DNA of 64,000 nucleotides from Anthoceros angustus (GCA_010909165.1 VJWM01000068.1:620001-684000), one strand, 5' to 3'; counted from the stretch's first letter, positions 12,638 through 27,256 are shown. Program-made: numbers and translations. The notes: generated from the sequence alone by a model not told the origin.

Positions 12638-13857
12638 TCACACATCGCATACCAAACCAGGTCCATAACCATCACAAAATTTGCCTCTCCAAATATGTCC
12701 GCCAGCATCAATGTACACTCCTTCTCCATGCATCTTGTTGTCTTTCCATTCACCATTGTAAGATCGACCATCTATCCACTACCAATGGTGAGAATTAGTT
12801 CCAAGTATATGAGCTTATCTTATAATTCTTGAAATTATGATTGTGTTGGTATTTTAAGCACATGCATAAATATATAAAAACAAATCATTCACCTTATAAG
12901 TTCCTTTTCCATTATAGGTATTAGCTGCCCACTCTCCTTCATACAAAGCACCACTTGCATACTTAAATGTGCCTACAAATGTTGTAATGTGGAATAAATT
13001 GGTATGTATAAACAAAAATTCTAAAGTTTTTATGAGTAATAGTTATTTGCCTCTTTTACACTTTTCTAGTTGAAAGTGAATATATACCTACTCCATGCAT
13101 CATGTCATTCTTCCATGTACCGGTGTAGCTGTAATCGGGATCAATGTATGTGCCTTGTCCATGTCTATATCTATTACCCTTAAGTACTTCTGCAAACATA
13201 GATAAAGAAAATGAATATAGCTTAAAATAATGGATGTACAAAAGAATATGAAATCGTGTTGCCTATTTGATGCAGCTGAGAAAGCACATATACCAGGTGG
13301 GATTATTATCTCCTCTTCAAGTTCAGGTGATGTTGGTGCACTCAAATCCTTGGACTTTCTTCCTACTTTCTTTCCATCCTTGCCATCATCCTTATTACCT
13401 TTTCCCCCTTTATCTTTACCTGCTTTTTCCTTCTCCTTTGCAGCACTAGGTTTATCTTTTTCTTTGGGTGCGTCCTTCTTCCCCTTATCCTTGCCTGCCG
13501 AACCTGGCTTAGCTTTCCCAGATCCTCCTTCAGGTTCCAGTTCTATTGTCCATTCCCCTTCTGGTGATTTTGATACGTTATCAGCTGCAATGGAGTAGCT
13601 TCTTTGCACTCAAAATACCCTTGCTTTGCATTTTCATACATACCATAAACAGCACCATTGGGATAATAAAACTTCCCAATATCATGAAGTGTCTCAGGTT
13701 CTACAACGCAAATCCAGATTTTTCACGTCACCTGCTTTCATTCACAAGTCTGAAAACCCTCGTCACCAAAAGCAGGAGACATACCAGGAGATTTAGCTCC
13801 AGAGCCTTTGTCACCTTTCCCTTTGGGCTCAGGATTTGCATCCTTTTTTGGTGCCAT
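12638..13857 (-). CDS. MORN-repeat protein (MORN2-like, probably flagellar) with a Lys/Asp/Gly-rich insert
   Basis: Spliced MAPKKDANPEPKGK...GKFYYPNGAVY|EGEW...RHGQGTYIDPDYSYTGTWKNDMMHGVG|TFKYASGALYEGEWAANTYNGKGTYK|WIDGRSYNGEWKDNKMHGEGVYIDAGGHIWRGKFCDGYGPGLVCDV*. Confidence 0.88.
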
Positions 13858-14838
13858 GATACTACTTGTTCTTGTCTAGACCTTGACGAATTTTTGCTTA
13901 CATGGAGCCCTGCCATCGCAAAGAAAAACGGTGGAGTTGGTTGCAATCAAACGGCCTGGCCACAACAAGCACACGCAGCACCAGAACGATGAAGCACGTA
14001 CATACGTAGGCAGGCGCAATCGTTACGCGGCAAGACGGCTGGCGAGGGGACGGGCACGGGCAGAGCACAAGAGGCAAAGGCGTTTTTCGTGAGGCGGACG
14101 GAGACGGGGACGGAGGCGGTGCAGGCCGTGGACACTGTGCCGTACCCAGCTGGATAGTTCTATGTACATACATACATAATACCTTGGTACACATTTTCGG
14201 ATTCCGGATGACGTGGCTCGGCTGGCTCGACCCTATTTTAGGGTTGGAAAGCAGTCACGGTGTCACGTAGCTACAGAGACGGTGGCCGCAGAGAAGAAAG
14301 ATGGGAATCCATCACGCCACCTCTTCTCCTGCCAAGTGGAGACCGCAAACCCTAACTACTAACGAGCTCCAAGGCTCCACGCTTCTGGGCCCGCCATGCG
14401 TACTTGATCCCGCTCCACGTGGCACTTTTCTGGCACCCATTTTCTTTGGCGAGTCGCACGGTGACTGAAAACCTGTACACATAAATGGCTAGTAATATAA
14501 TTGAATATAAAAAGCTCAGATAATTTTTATAAAAATAAAATAAAATGCTTTTAAGTTGATGCCACTTTAGCAACTATTGCGACTAGTCTCTTTTCTAGAC
14601 CGAGTCATATCATCTCTATAAAGTTTTGTTTAATTTAATGACTGAAAATATTATCTCTCTAAATTGTAAGCATAATAAAAATAAATATTTAAAAATTCAA
14701 GATATGATATCACCCCTCTTCTATGACCACCCATTCCTAGTAAGAGTAACATACTTGCATGTTGTTATGTGCTTCTCCACATCAAAAATCACCTCATTGT
14801 ATGTATATGTGTATTTGTCCATTTCTCTCAAACAAGAG

Positions 14839-14971
14839 ACGTTGACGCACTTTATAGCATGTCCCTTGCACAACAGCAATCGAAAAGACTGAATAATTAG
14901 TCTTAACGTTGACGCACTTTATAGCATGTCCCTTCACAACAGCAATCGAAAAGACTGAATAATTAGTCTTA
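14839..14971. repeat. Tandem duplication, 2 x ~67 bp
   Basis: acgttgacgcactttatagcatgtccctt(g)cacaacagcaatcgaaaagactgaataattagtctta occurs twice. Confidence 0.9.
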
Positions 14972-17338
14972 CTATTGCATTCAGCAGCTTGTTATACTAA
15001 TAAGATTAGGAGTATTATACTAAATAGAAAAATGCAGCAACAAACAACAAAATGGACTCTTTGGTCACTATCTTGGTTACCTCCGCTTTTCACCTCCGTG
15101 GCTACCTCACCATTGTAGGTCTCCAAGCTCTTCTCATTTGGAACCTTTTGCTTGGCTTCCAACAGACTGGTCTGCAATCTACAAAAAATGTCATCATTGA
15201 TTGCTTCCATATTGTAATCTCATTGCCGCCGTCGGCAAGGCTTGGTTGCTGCATGCCTTGAGACCACTGCTCGTATTAGGCACCGTTACATTCAACGCTT
15301 TAGTCTCCCTTGTTACCTAGCATAATGGCCATTCAATCCTATCGCTGTCGGTGCTTGTATGATATGATGCTGATGCAGGGCCTAAGTACATCATTTTACT
15401 TAAACCACAATTGAGTAAACCAAGCTCACATAATAAATCTATGTAGCTGAAACAACCTAACTACATAGATGCAAATAATGCCCCTTTATTGACCTCACCA
15501 TAGCATCTTGCATTTCCATGGTAGCTATCTTGAGATAGTGTAGGTACATTGATATGTTTATTTTATACTTTAAAATATAATAAATTATAACACAAAGAGA
15601 GACATATATGTATATTAAAATGAACTATATAATATTTAATAATAAAATATAAAATAAGTAAAAATAAAATTTATCCATCCTACCGAGGAAGATAATGGTG
15701 GATAGGCAATGCACGATGGGAAGTTGGTTGTTCAAGTAGGCACATGTGGTGGGTAAGGCAGATAGCAGCAAAAGTCCAAGTCCAAGCGGAAGCAATAATC
15801 AACCCGTTGGGCGGTGCACTATGAGGCTTTAAGAACCGAGCCTGGAGGTTCGGAAGTTAGAAAAAATTTGAAAAATTGCGGCCGACCCTGCCGGGTCGCA
15901 GGATGCCGCACCCAGGTCTAAACGTCCTCCCGGGAGGAAGGGAACTTGCTGCGGTCTGAGAGAAGCGCTTGGGTGGGCGGTACTGGCATGTACTGCATCC
16001 GCCTGACATTGTTCGTCCGACTCGAGTTGAGTTCTCCCGTCTCGGCCTCGGCTCCTCTCGTCTCGTCTCGTCTCCCTTCTCTCACCTTGCGCATTCCTGC
16101 GCATGTGTGCCTCTTCCTCCTCTTGCTTGCTTTGCGCCTTCCCCGTTTCCTTTCGGCCTTTGTCCGGCTCTGCCTTGTCTGGCGTCTGCTGCCGCGCCTG
16201 CTCTTTCCGCTCCCGCATTCCGAATGTTCCCGCGAATCGTGCTTCTGGAGCCGCTCCCGCCTCTCCAGCCCCGTGCTGTCCTGCTCCCGATTCTCCACGT
16301 CGCCGGCTCCTGATTGCTGCCCTGCTCCGCCCTGCAAGCGCGCGCATTCCAGGCGTCCCCTCCGCGATCTCGCTGCCCCGCACCTGGCCTGCTCCAACTC
16401 CATCCTCGCGGCAGCCTGGAGGCCTTCCTGCCTCCCGGAGCGTCCGGCTGGGCCTGCTAGGTCGCCCTGTGGCGCAGGGATTCCTGCCTCACTTGCCCCT
16501 CGCGCGACAGGTGGGAGTGGAGCAGTCGGTGCCTTCCACTCTTGCTGCAGCCTGGATCTGGCTGAGTCGGGGTCGATCGGCGCAGGTTTGGAGTGCGGCA
16601 GGCAGGGATTTGCGGGCCTGGAGTGTCTCTCTGCGCCAGGATTTGGCGAGGCTGAGGGAGAGGGAGTGACGGATTGTGCCGGCGGGGAAATGCTGCCTCC
16701 TGCTGGGCTTGGTACCGCTCTGTCTTTGGCCGGTGCTTGCGTCTGGGGTGCTGCAGGAATTGGCGTTGGTTCGGGCGCAATGCTGCGGGTTTAGGATCCT
16801 GCCTGCCATGCTGCTGCATTTCTTGCGAATCGAGGATGTTGATTCTCTGCGTGCGCGCCTCGCTCGAGAGTAAAAGATACCATAATCTGCAACTGGGGCA
16901 CCTCCCGGTATCATAGACTGGTGATGGTTCAGATCCCTCTTCAGTTTGAGGCATTCTTGTAGGGAGACCTTGGCGTTCTGAGCCTGCTCTTTGCCTGCCT
17001 CGGCTCCAAGGCTGCGCAGCCTGTTTCAGCTCTCACACTCTTCCGAGCTCTTACTAAGCAGCAATTTCCAAGCTTGCTGCAAGTCTGGCCTCCCCTGATT
17101 CTCCGGGCTTGCAAGCTTACCCTTTCAGCCGTACCTGATAGCTTGATTCGAAGGCCTGATCTCCCTTTCCTTTCCACAGAACCCCCTCTCAGGCTATTCC
17201 GACCATCTTCCTATGCTGTAAAGATACCGCGTGCAGCAGTTTGCAACAGGAGCCTGGAATGCGTGGGTGGGACCAGAAGGTGATATGAGAAGGTGACGCA
17301 GCTGTACTTGGCAACTTCGGCATTGCAGGGATCCAACG

Positions 17339-20300
17339 ATGGGAGACTATCAGTTGGCGTACATGAGGAACGGCAGTCGGAGGGCTTCAATGTCGTCCAA
17401 CGATGGCACACCTCTCCATCCCAGAGCAGACAATGGCGGCCCTTCCATGAATGGCGATGGCTATGACAGCGATGGGTCGGACTCTTTGTAAGTTGGGTTT
17501 CTTTAAGGGCATTGTAGGGTTCATGATTTTCACACTCAATGAAAGAAATAAAGTTTGGGATCCTCAAATAGAACGTGAGCTCAGATGCTGGGATGCACAA
17601 ACTGTTGCCTAACAGCTTGAATTGTTGGAAAATCGCTCTTTGCTATAGAAGTTTAGATTAGCTATTTGTGAAAGCGAAAGAGGGAATGTTTAGGAGAATG
17701 TCGTCAGTCCTCTCTGGCGCTTGGAAGGAGCCAAGTCTTAGGTTGGTTTATGTTTCTTTCAAATGGAAGTCTCCTCCCTGTCTTCCCTCGATATTCGCTA
17801 TGCACGACACAATATAACTGTAGGTGGAGTCACTTGTTAAGATGTCGTAGCTGGTTTTGGTGCAGTGTTTCTCATCAGATTTTCTGGTGCTCTTACAGGC
17901 GGTCCAAGTCCTTGCAGGGGCCCTACAACGGGGAATTAATGATGCAAGATGGAAATGGCCTTGAGGGTGTATCGGCTGCCAAAGAGAACATGGGGAGTAG
18001 CATACTCAATGGAGATGCACGGTATGGCTTGCCTGTTTAGATTGACCTATGGCGCCCCAGGTTTGCTGAACTGAGTGCAACATTAAACTTGATGCTAAAG
18101 CATTGCTGCTGGCCGGTCTCACACAGAACTCCAAGCTTCTCGCTGGTGCCTGAGCTGGTTGGGACTATACCTGTGTTGGAAAAGTATCAGGTAGTTTTGC
18201 AGTCCTCGTCTAAACCATCAATTCCTTCCTTCTCCATCACAGTGTCCTCTAACATTCACTTCTGTTTTGTTTTGTCGCAGGCTGAGACTTTCCTAAGGGC
18301 CATGCAAAAGCAATTGCAGACAGGTGGGAAGCGTGGGTTTTTTGGCAAGAGGTCTGTTGCGCCACAGGGCCGAGAAAAGTACACTCTGGAAGATATGCTC
18401 TGTTTCCAACGGGTAAGGTCCAGAATGACTGAAAATGTCTTCTCTGCACCTATGCAGTTAGGTAGTTGTGAAGCATGGGAATCTATCACCCAGCCCTGAT
18501 GAATGTTTTCCCCACTTGAAATGGGTCCCCACTTGCAATGTGCGCGCAGGAGCCTATTCCAACATCACTGTTGAGAATGAACAGTGAGTTGATGAGCAGG
18601 GCCGTCAAGCTCTTCCAAGTTATTTTGAGGTACATTGGTGCCGATGTAATGGTTGGCTCAAGTCCGCTCAGTGGACAGGAACAGATTGACCTTCTTATGA
18701 AGCTGTACAAGCATACTCTAAAGAGAGCAGAACTTCGAGACGAGCTATTTGCCCAACTATCGAAGCAAACACGCAACAATCCTGACAGGTATGTAGCCTG
18801 AGTTCTGTGGCTGTTCCATGTCACGGGTGCTATAAGTGTGGTGCTGGTGCCATTTTAGTTTCCTTGTTGAGTGCAGGCAACTTGTCATTCTAACTGTTCT
18901 CTGTCTCCGGAATACCCAGGCCGTCCTTGCTGAAGGCTTGGGAGCTCATGTATCTCTGTGCTTCAGCCATGCCTCCTGGAAAGGAGTTTGGAGCTTATTT
19001 ATCGGAGTACGTCCATGATGTCTCCAATGCGCCAAACAGTGATCTTGAAATACAGTCTCTTGCCTTGAACACCTGGCATGCTTTGAAACGGTCGGTCAAA
19101 GCTGGTCCGAGGCGCATTATACCGGCTCAGGAGGAAATTGAAGGTCTTCTGGCTGGGAGGAAGCTAACAACCATTGCATTTTTTCTGGATGAAACTTTCG
19201 AGGAGATAACTTACGACATGACAACTACAGTTTCTGATGCTGTTGAGGTACTCCTATGCTCTTCTCACACCCCAGTGTCTTGAATCATCATGTCTCTCCA
19301 AGAGGTTAAAGTTGTCCTGTGTTCTGATTTAGGAACTTGCTGGAATCATCAAGCTTTCTTCCTACAACACATTCAGCTTGTTTGAATGCCGCAAAGTACT
19401 CACTGGCTCAAAAGCAGTTGATGCAGGAAATGGTACGGTTCAGGAGCTCTTGTTTTGTCTCTCTATATTTTCGCACGTTGTTGGCCAGGATGCATTAGAC
19501 ACTGAAAGTTCTTGTGTTGCTCAGAGGAACATCTGGGCTTGGATGACAACAAATATATTGGTGATCTTGTTGCTGAGTTTAAAGCAACTAGGGAAAGGAA
19601 CAAGGGTGAAATTCTGCAGTGCAAACTTCTATTTAAGAAGCGCCTCTTTCGGGAGTCTGATGAGGCAATCACTGAGCCCATGTTTGTGCAGCTTTCATAT
19701 GTCCAGGTAAATGTAACTTTTATTCCCAAGCTTTTGTGCCCTTCGTTTTCTTCTCCTCTGCGTCAAAAGCTCTCTTGATACTTTGTCTGAGACTTATCTT
19801 GAATCTTTAATTGTGTTCTCTGACTCAGTCACAACATGATTATATGCTTGGAAATTATCCTGTTGGAAGAGAAGATGCGGCTCAGTTGGCAGCTTTGCAA
19901 ATCTTGGCGGAGATCGGAAATGTCAATAACCCAGAGATGAGCACGTACGGCCATGTTTTGTGTCTTGCAGATCTACCTTCACATGGTCACATTAGTCTGT
20001 GGCATGTATTGAACGTTTTGCTTTGCCTTCCAGGGACTGGCCAGCATTGCTGGACAGGTGTCTGCCAAAACAAGTTGCAGTTACACGAACTAGACGTGAT
20101 TGGGAGCCTGATATTCTTTCTCGTTACCGGCTGCTGGTGAGTAAGTTCTATCTAGGTCTCTCTGTTTGGATTACGAGTATAGCTGAACAGCTCGAATGGT
20201 GTGGTCTGGAGTGTACTGTTCAACAATCTGTGACTCCCATATTTGCTGTGCAGACACATTTGTCAAAGGATGATGCCAGGCAGCAGCTGCTACGAATTCT

Positions 20301-23300
20301 GAGATCACTTCCTTATGGAAATTCTGTGTTTTTTAGTGTGCGTAAAATTGAAGATCCTATCGGTTTGCTGCCAGGGCGAATCATTCTTGGAATCAACAAA
20401 CGTGGGGTGTGTTAATCCTAAGATCTGTAGCCCATGGTGGCCGTCGGTCATCCTCGATAAGCTATCATTTGTGTTGTCGCTGTGTGTGCAGTAAATCCTA
20501 TAGTTTTGTTACTCTATTACAGGTCCACTTTTTCCGGCCAGTACCAAAGGAGTATCTTCACTCAGCTGAGCTCCGAGACATCATGCAGTTTGGAAGCAGC
20601 AATACAGCCGTCTTTTTCAAAATGAGGGTGGCTGGCGTTTTGCACATCTTTCAGTTTGAGACAAAGCAGGTATGATCCATTGTTTAGTCAGCTTGGTTGC
20701 ATTTTCATTTTCTGTAGAGACATCCATCTCTGAACTGTCCTGCAGGGGGAAGACATCTGTGTGGCTCTACAAACACACATAAATGATGTGATGCTGAGGC
20801 GATATGCAAGAACCCGGTCTGTGAGCAATGGAGCAATTGCTGGTGACGGTGGCATACCAACGGTCAAACCACCTGGCATGGAGGTCTATGAGAAGCATGT
20901 GCAAGAGATGACCAAGCTTCTCGAAGAATCCCAGAAGAAGATTGACCAGGTATGTTGCTTTGGTGTCAGCAGGGGCATGTTAGTTATTGTAGTTGGCACT
21001 GGCTAAAACTATGGATGTAGTCTGTTCTTTCTTGGTCAGTGTTGGAATATGATCTCGTTGTCTCTGGTACACTTTCCAATGTGAGCAGGTGCTTCTGTTT
21101 TGTTGCAGTTAAGTGAAGAGAGCAGGTTGAAAGAGAGACGGGAAACAGAGATATTGGAGGAGATGGCAGGCATAAAAGATGCTTTGAAGTCTGAAGAACA
21201 AACTCGAGCAGAGCTCACTGATGAGTTGGAGAAGTTGCGTAAGGTTGCTGAAGAGAAGGACGTTGCATTACAGGTGAGGCTTGACTTGTGATCTTGCGCT
21301 AATTGGTCCAGCTTCTCCAGGCCTATTCTGAGTGTGCCAACCTGGGAATCAAGCAGGCAGCCATTAGTGGACAGGGAATGGAGGATGATCAAAGTGTGGA
21401 TGATGGTTCTGGCATGAGAAGGCCATCACCTCGCAGCCAGGCAAAACGAGACAGGGACCTACCTCCTGTTGACAAGGACAGAGCAGCTCAAATTCGGAAT
21501 CTGGAATTACAAGTGTGATAACAATCAAAGCCTTCTTAATCCACACAAGATTGTCTGCAAAACAAGTGTTGTTGGTGTCTCCTTTTTCTTTTGACTTGTA
21601 TGTTGAGGTGTGAAATCGTCACCATACTGGTGTGTACTTTTGGTCTCTTTCTGTTTTTTATAGCCACTGTGGTCTTGATTCCTAGGTGAACAATTTGCGG
21701 AATGAGTTGAAGTTGAAAGCAGAGGAGCTGCGCTTGTCAGAAGGGAATCTCAAGAAGCTGACTAAGGAGAAGATATTACTCGATCAAAAGATTGCGAGAA
21801 TTGAGAGAGCAAAGGAAGATGAAGTATGAATGTTGTAGCTGTTACTCATCCATGTGTACTCAAGTTCTCTTTTGTCACGTTGTGGCTAGGTTTTTATATT
21901 GATTGTGCTGCAGACAAGGCAACTTGAAGAGAGCTTTGCTGGTGAGCGAGATGAGCTAAGGGCCCGAGTAGCCGATCTGGAGAAGAAGCTGGTTGACAGG
22001 ACACAAGAGTTAAGTGTGGTCGAATCAGCCCTAGGCCTTCGGACATCGGAACTTGATGCCTTCCAAGCTGGCATGAAAGAGCTGGAAGAGCTGCGTGAGA
22101 TGAAGGAGGTTAGTATCATGTTGGTGCACAAGGCCTCTCAGCAAATTGTGCTATGTTTCAGCTCTCATGTCTTGTAGGACTTCCTCCTTTTCCAGGACAT
22201 TGCTAGGAAAGATGCACAGACTAATGCCATTCTCAAGAACCAAGGCGAAAGGATAGTTGAACTTGAAAGTCTGTACAAGGAGGAGCAAGTGTTGAGGAAA
22301 CGATTCTTCAACATGATGGAAGGTACGTCTGGACTGGGTGTACATCTGTATTTGTGTCGCTTGTTACAACAGGTGGCAAGTTGACAGGTTGACGAGCCTG
22401 TCATCCCTTTGATGCCTGATGCCAGTTTTGTGCTTGTGTTTGGCAGATATGAAAGGAAAGATCCGTGTGATTGCTCGGTGGAGACCCTTGAGTGAGAAGG
22501 AGTTGAATGAGAACCAGCAAATGGTCGTCAAAGCACCTGATGAGTTCACGTTGGAGCATCCCTGGAAAGATGCTCCTAAGCAGTTCCAATTTGATCATGT
22601 GTTTGATCACTTTTCTACACAGGAGCAAATTTTTGAGGACACCAAGGTATAGTCTCTTTGAAATGGAGTTTATTCATGTGTTCCATGTGAAAACTCCTTG
22701 TCTTACCATTGGGTTTGAGTAAGTCTGACAAGCGTTTATTTGCTTTTGCAGTATTTGGTCCAATCAGCGGTTGATGGGTACAATGTCTGCATATTCGCGT
22801 ATGGGCAGACTGGTTCAGGAAAGACTTACACAATTTACGGTTCTGACAACAATCCTGGACTCACTCCCAGGGCCACCAATGAGCTCTTCAGAATAATAAA
22901 ACGAGATTCAAACAAATTTTCGTTTGCGTTGAAGGTGAGTTGGTTGCAAGTTGGTTGTTTTGCTACAAACAGTCAGTCTTGGTCCTTGTGGGTTGCTAAT
23001 CAATTTCTGCCTGCAATTAGATCTACATGCTTGAGCTCTATCAAGACACGCTGGTTGATCTATTGAAAACTGGAGCTGGAAATGGGAATGGTAATAATGG
23101 GAATGGCAGTGGGAATGGTGGGCCAAGGACTAAGAAGTTGGAAATTAAGAAGGATTCCAAGGTGAGTGCTAAGTGTGGATGGTAGAATAGTTGAAGCCCC
23201 TTCAACTTGTGTACGGAAGATGTGATGACAGTGGTTACATTCTAACCTGTGGGAACTTCTTTCAGGGTATGGTCGTGGTGGAAAATGCAACAGTCTTGTC

Positions 23301-24101
23301 CATCTCAGGACTTGACGAGTTGGACAGTATTGTAGCTAAAGGGTTTGAAAGGCGGCACATATCAGGAACTAACATGAACGCAGAGAGCTCTCGGTCACAT
23401 CTTATTATGTCTATAATCATTGAGTGTACTAACTTGCAAACTCAAGTTCTTGTTAAAGGAAAGGTTAGTAGTGTATATTGTTTTGATCTTGATCATCCAT
23501 TGGTGTGCTGTGCCGAAACAAGACTTCAGTATGTACATGATCCTTTCGGGAGCCTGAGCTGATTCGTTGTTTTGCAGCTGAGTTTTGTTGACCTTGCTGG
23601 CTCGGAAAGGGTAAAGAAGTCCGGTTCTTCTGGGGAGCAACTGAAAGAAGCTCAAAGTATAAATAAATCCCTCTCAGCTTTAGGTGATGTCATCAGTGCT
23701 CTGGCGACGCAGGAGTCTTTTATTCCATATCGGAACCATAAGCTGACCATGTTGATGAGCGACTCACTTGGTGGCAATGCCAAGACTCTCATGTTTGTAA
23801 ATATCTCGCCATCGGATTCAAATCTGGATGAAACACACAACTCTCTTAGGTAAGTGGAACTTCCTTGCTCTGCCTGTCTCCAGTTCCTTGTGTCATCCTT
23901 GTTTCCTTCCTCACTTTTTACTTCACCAGCTACGCTACTCGGGTAAGGTCGATTATAAATGACGCGAGCAAGAACACTGCATCGAAGGAAATTTTGCGGT
24001 TAAAGAAGCAGGTGGCTTATTGGAAACAGCAGGCTGGGAAACCGCCAGATGAGGAGGATCTGGATGAAATTCAGGATGAACGGGCAGCAAAGGAGACCTA
24101 A
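17339..24101 (+). CDS. KCBP: Kinesin-like calmodulin-binding protein (kinesin-14; MyTH4-FERM-coiled coil-motor-CaM binding), >20 exons
   Basis: N-terminal [10 protein letters not shown]; MyTH4 ([35 protein letters not shown]); FERM; motor ([52 protein letters not shown]); CaM-binding [18 protein letters not shown]. Confidence 0.97.
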
Positions 24102-24982
24102 GGTGAAGCTGTTCCACCCTCGTCCTGAGGTTCGGAGGACATCAAATTATTGATGCCTTCCACGGCATACCAATTTTTAAAGACCATGAAGAAGACTGGC
24201 TTGTAGCGAATTAGAGTGAACCTCTACCCAACTTCGGTTGGCGGTTGGCTTCCCGTGGGTTCTGCGAGGTCCTGGCTGCGCCCTTCCTCGCTGGCAACCT
24301 CGGTGCATCTATTTGACTCCCCTGGAGTCCGGGTCAGCGATCAACTCGACACCCCTATGTATTTGTAATGATTTTTAATGCAAGTTGCACACCAACACCC
24401 ATGACGGCCTGTAGTGTTACGGACCAGGCGACGTCCCAATGCTGTTGCTCGGCTAGATACGGTACTGTGATCACCAACCCTTGTAAAATAGCCCACCTGA
24501 AAAATAAGGTTGAAAACTGGCCGTGTTTCAGAACTTCCTATGGCACGTCACTGATTTTTTGTAAACTCGGAAAACGGAAGCTTCTATCTGACATTGGTTT
24601 CCCGGAATGTTAGCAATCTTTTCTTGTGGGAAGGAATTCGAACAATCTACCTAAAATATCTTGTTCCTTTCAATACGTTTCGCGTTCTCATACATAACTG
24701 GAGCCCGCTTGCTTGTCAAGTGGGCTCCTGTCAGTGCGAAGCAGATTCGACCCGACTCCACTCGAAGTTCGATCCGTGCAGTTGGATGGACGTGAGTCAT
24801 CAGATGAAGGACATAACACTGGCAAGCAATGTGGACACTTGCAGCCAACATTGACCCGGTTTCTAACGCCTTGCCCAAGTTGCCCATGTGAGAAGCAGTG
24901 TCGACGGGGACCGTCAGTCCAGGGGAATGTATGCCGCCGTGGAGGCTGAGATGAAGCTTTTCAGCGCGCTCGTAGGGTAGAT

Positions 24983-26695
24983 ATGGCTACGCTTCAGCTG
25001 CCGTATCAAATTTCTCCCCGGGCCCGTTTTGATTGCCCCAGCAGCTGTCTTGGGTCCAAATGTTGCGGGACAATCGCGGCGGCTCCACCTCGCAGTTTGA
25101 CAGGCCTGGAGGAGGCTACTCCTCGGAATTTGACGGAATGGAAGCGATTTCAGCTCCGGAGGCAGCAGAGGATGGGCAAGCTTCAACCACAGCACCAAGT
25201 CCTATGTCGGGATGGGTCCCAGGTTCAGCAGGACCACCACCTTCGCAAAAAGTGGAGATCGAGGTGGTTCGACGAGAAGTCCGTGAATGGGAATATCACC
25301 CTGCCCATCTCTGCACCTGGTGACCAGCCAACAGGCGCAGGGATAGTAATGCGGCCGCGCAGGATTATCTTGGTTCGGCATGGGCAGAGCCTGGGGAACA
25401 TTGATGAGAGTTCCTACACCCGGATTCCGGACTCCAAGATTCCGCTCACCGAAGAAGGATGGCATCAGGCTGTGGAGTGTGGAAGCAAAATTCGGCGCTT
25501 AATCGAGGGGGATGAGTGTGATGATTGGCGGACTTATTTCTATGTTTCGCCGTACAAGCGCACTTTGCAAACTCTGAGAGGCATTGGCACGGCCTTTGAA
25601 CGCTCCCGCATAGCTGGTGTGAGAGAGGAGCCCCGCCTTCGTGAGCAGGATTTCGGTAAGCTGACTGCTTCTTGTCCTGTTTTGATCTACAGAGCTGCGG
25701 GCATGGATGGCATGGTGAAGCCACTGCAACATGCCTCTTCACTATTGTGCTTCCACGTTGGCAGGAAACTTTCAGGATAGGGAGAAAATGAGAGTAGAGA
25801 AGGAGATACGACTTAGATACGGGCGCTTCTTCTACCGGTTTCCAAATGGAGAATCAGCGTCCGATGTCTACGATAGAATTACGGGTAAATGTGAATACGC
25901 TCGTGCAATGTGACTGAGGGTACTTCTGTGATAGCCTGCCTGCCTGCATTTTTTGCTTTAGTACGTGAGCAACCCTGCAGGGGGACACACTCTCATCGTG
26001 TTCGCTTGCTGTTGACAGCCTTCAGGGAAACTCTTCGATCAGATATAGATTTCGGTCGATTTCATGGCAAACCGGGCGCCCGGACCAAGGACATGAACCT
26101 CGTCCTAGTTTCTCATGGGCTGACTCTGCGTGTTTTTCTCATGAGATGGTACAAGTGGACAGTGAAAGAGTTTGAGGGACTGTACAATTTTGGTAATACC
26201 GGAATGGTTGTGATGGAGTTGGGCCCTGGTGGCAGGTATGCTCATTGTCTCACGCCATCCTTATTTTCCCGGCTTTCGTGGTCCTTCCTGCCAAACGTAT
26301 GTCATGGCAGTATCTGAGGCCGGACAGAGGCATGACGTGCAAGAATCTTCCTCCAAACACAGTCTTGCTAAGTGAGCAGTCTCGTCTTGTCTGAACAGAT
26401 ACAGCCTACTGGTGCATCATTCTCCCGCGGAGTTGAAGGCATTGGGCATGACTGATGAGATGATCGAGGATCAGGAATGGTGAGTACAGACTGGGTTGTG
26501 CGTTGTGTTGCACTTTGTGTGAGGCAAATTTCTGATTTACTGCAAAAAGTCGGCTACAGGCAAAAGCATGCTAAACCGGGGGAGTTGAATGACAACTGGG
26601 CTTCTGGAGGCTCTTCATTTTTCGGTCACTTTGATGCAATGGAACAGGGCCTTCCTTACAAGGACGTACCCGCAGATGTTGGGGAGCCTTTCTGA
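24983..26695 (+). CDS. Phosphoglycerate mutase-like protein (AT74/AT74H type) with a probable transit peptide
   Basis: RPRRIILVRHGQSLGN, YFYVSPYKRTLQT, REEPRLREQDFG|NFQDRE, RFFYRFPNGESASDVYDRIT, LVLVSHGLTLRVFLMRWYKW; GT-AG introns. Confidence 0.93.
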
Positions 26696-27256
26696 ACAGA
26701 TACTATGCAGTGGAGGCGGATCACAAGAACACACTGTGCGTCGATAACAGACATTCAACCTTTACGAATTATTTGGTACTATGCTGGTGAAACTGCGGGA
26801 GTCTGATCTACACTCCGATGGCTATCTGTGGGTATGGCAAAGCTCAAGTTCTGCAGGCTTTCGGACATCTCCCATGACTGTTTCTTTGTATGCATTCCCA
26901 GATGACAGAGTGGCCTAGTATGTACAGATAATAAAACACAGTTACATGGACAAGGAGTCGTGTGACAATCTTGTTAAAGGGTTCCTGTCCTACTACATGA
27001 CGGTGCAACGGCACCTTCGCGTCTACCGCCAAGTAACTGCAAATGAAAAAATTATCTCAAAGAAACCACTTGCGTTCGCCAACAACGTTTTTACAATGAA
27101 AGGCATCCTGTCCCCGACATGACTCACTTACGTAACGTTGAAGGAGTTATCCGAAAGGCGGAACGAACATCCTGCCCTACCGGTGCAAGACTGCTGTTCA
27201 CAATCCTTAGAACAGCAAGAAAGCACCCGACACGTTTCCACAAGAACTAGCTACTC

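Noticed and set aside
13935-14035. RFX X-box-like motifs upstream of the MORN gene
   Set aside because: The matches are poor, and RFX factors are not known in plants.
15829-16954. Long overlapping ORFs (up to 282 aa) upstream of KCBP
   Set aside because: GC-rich, pyrimidine-tract sequence with open frames on both strands and no domain. More simply the KCBP promoter and 5' UTR.
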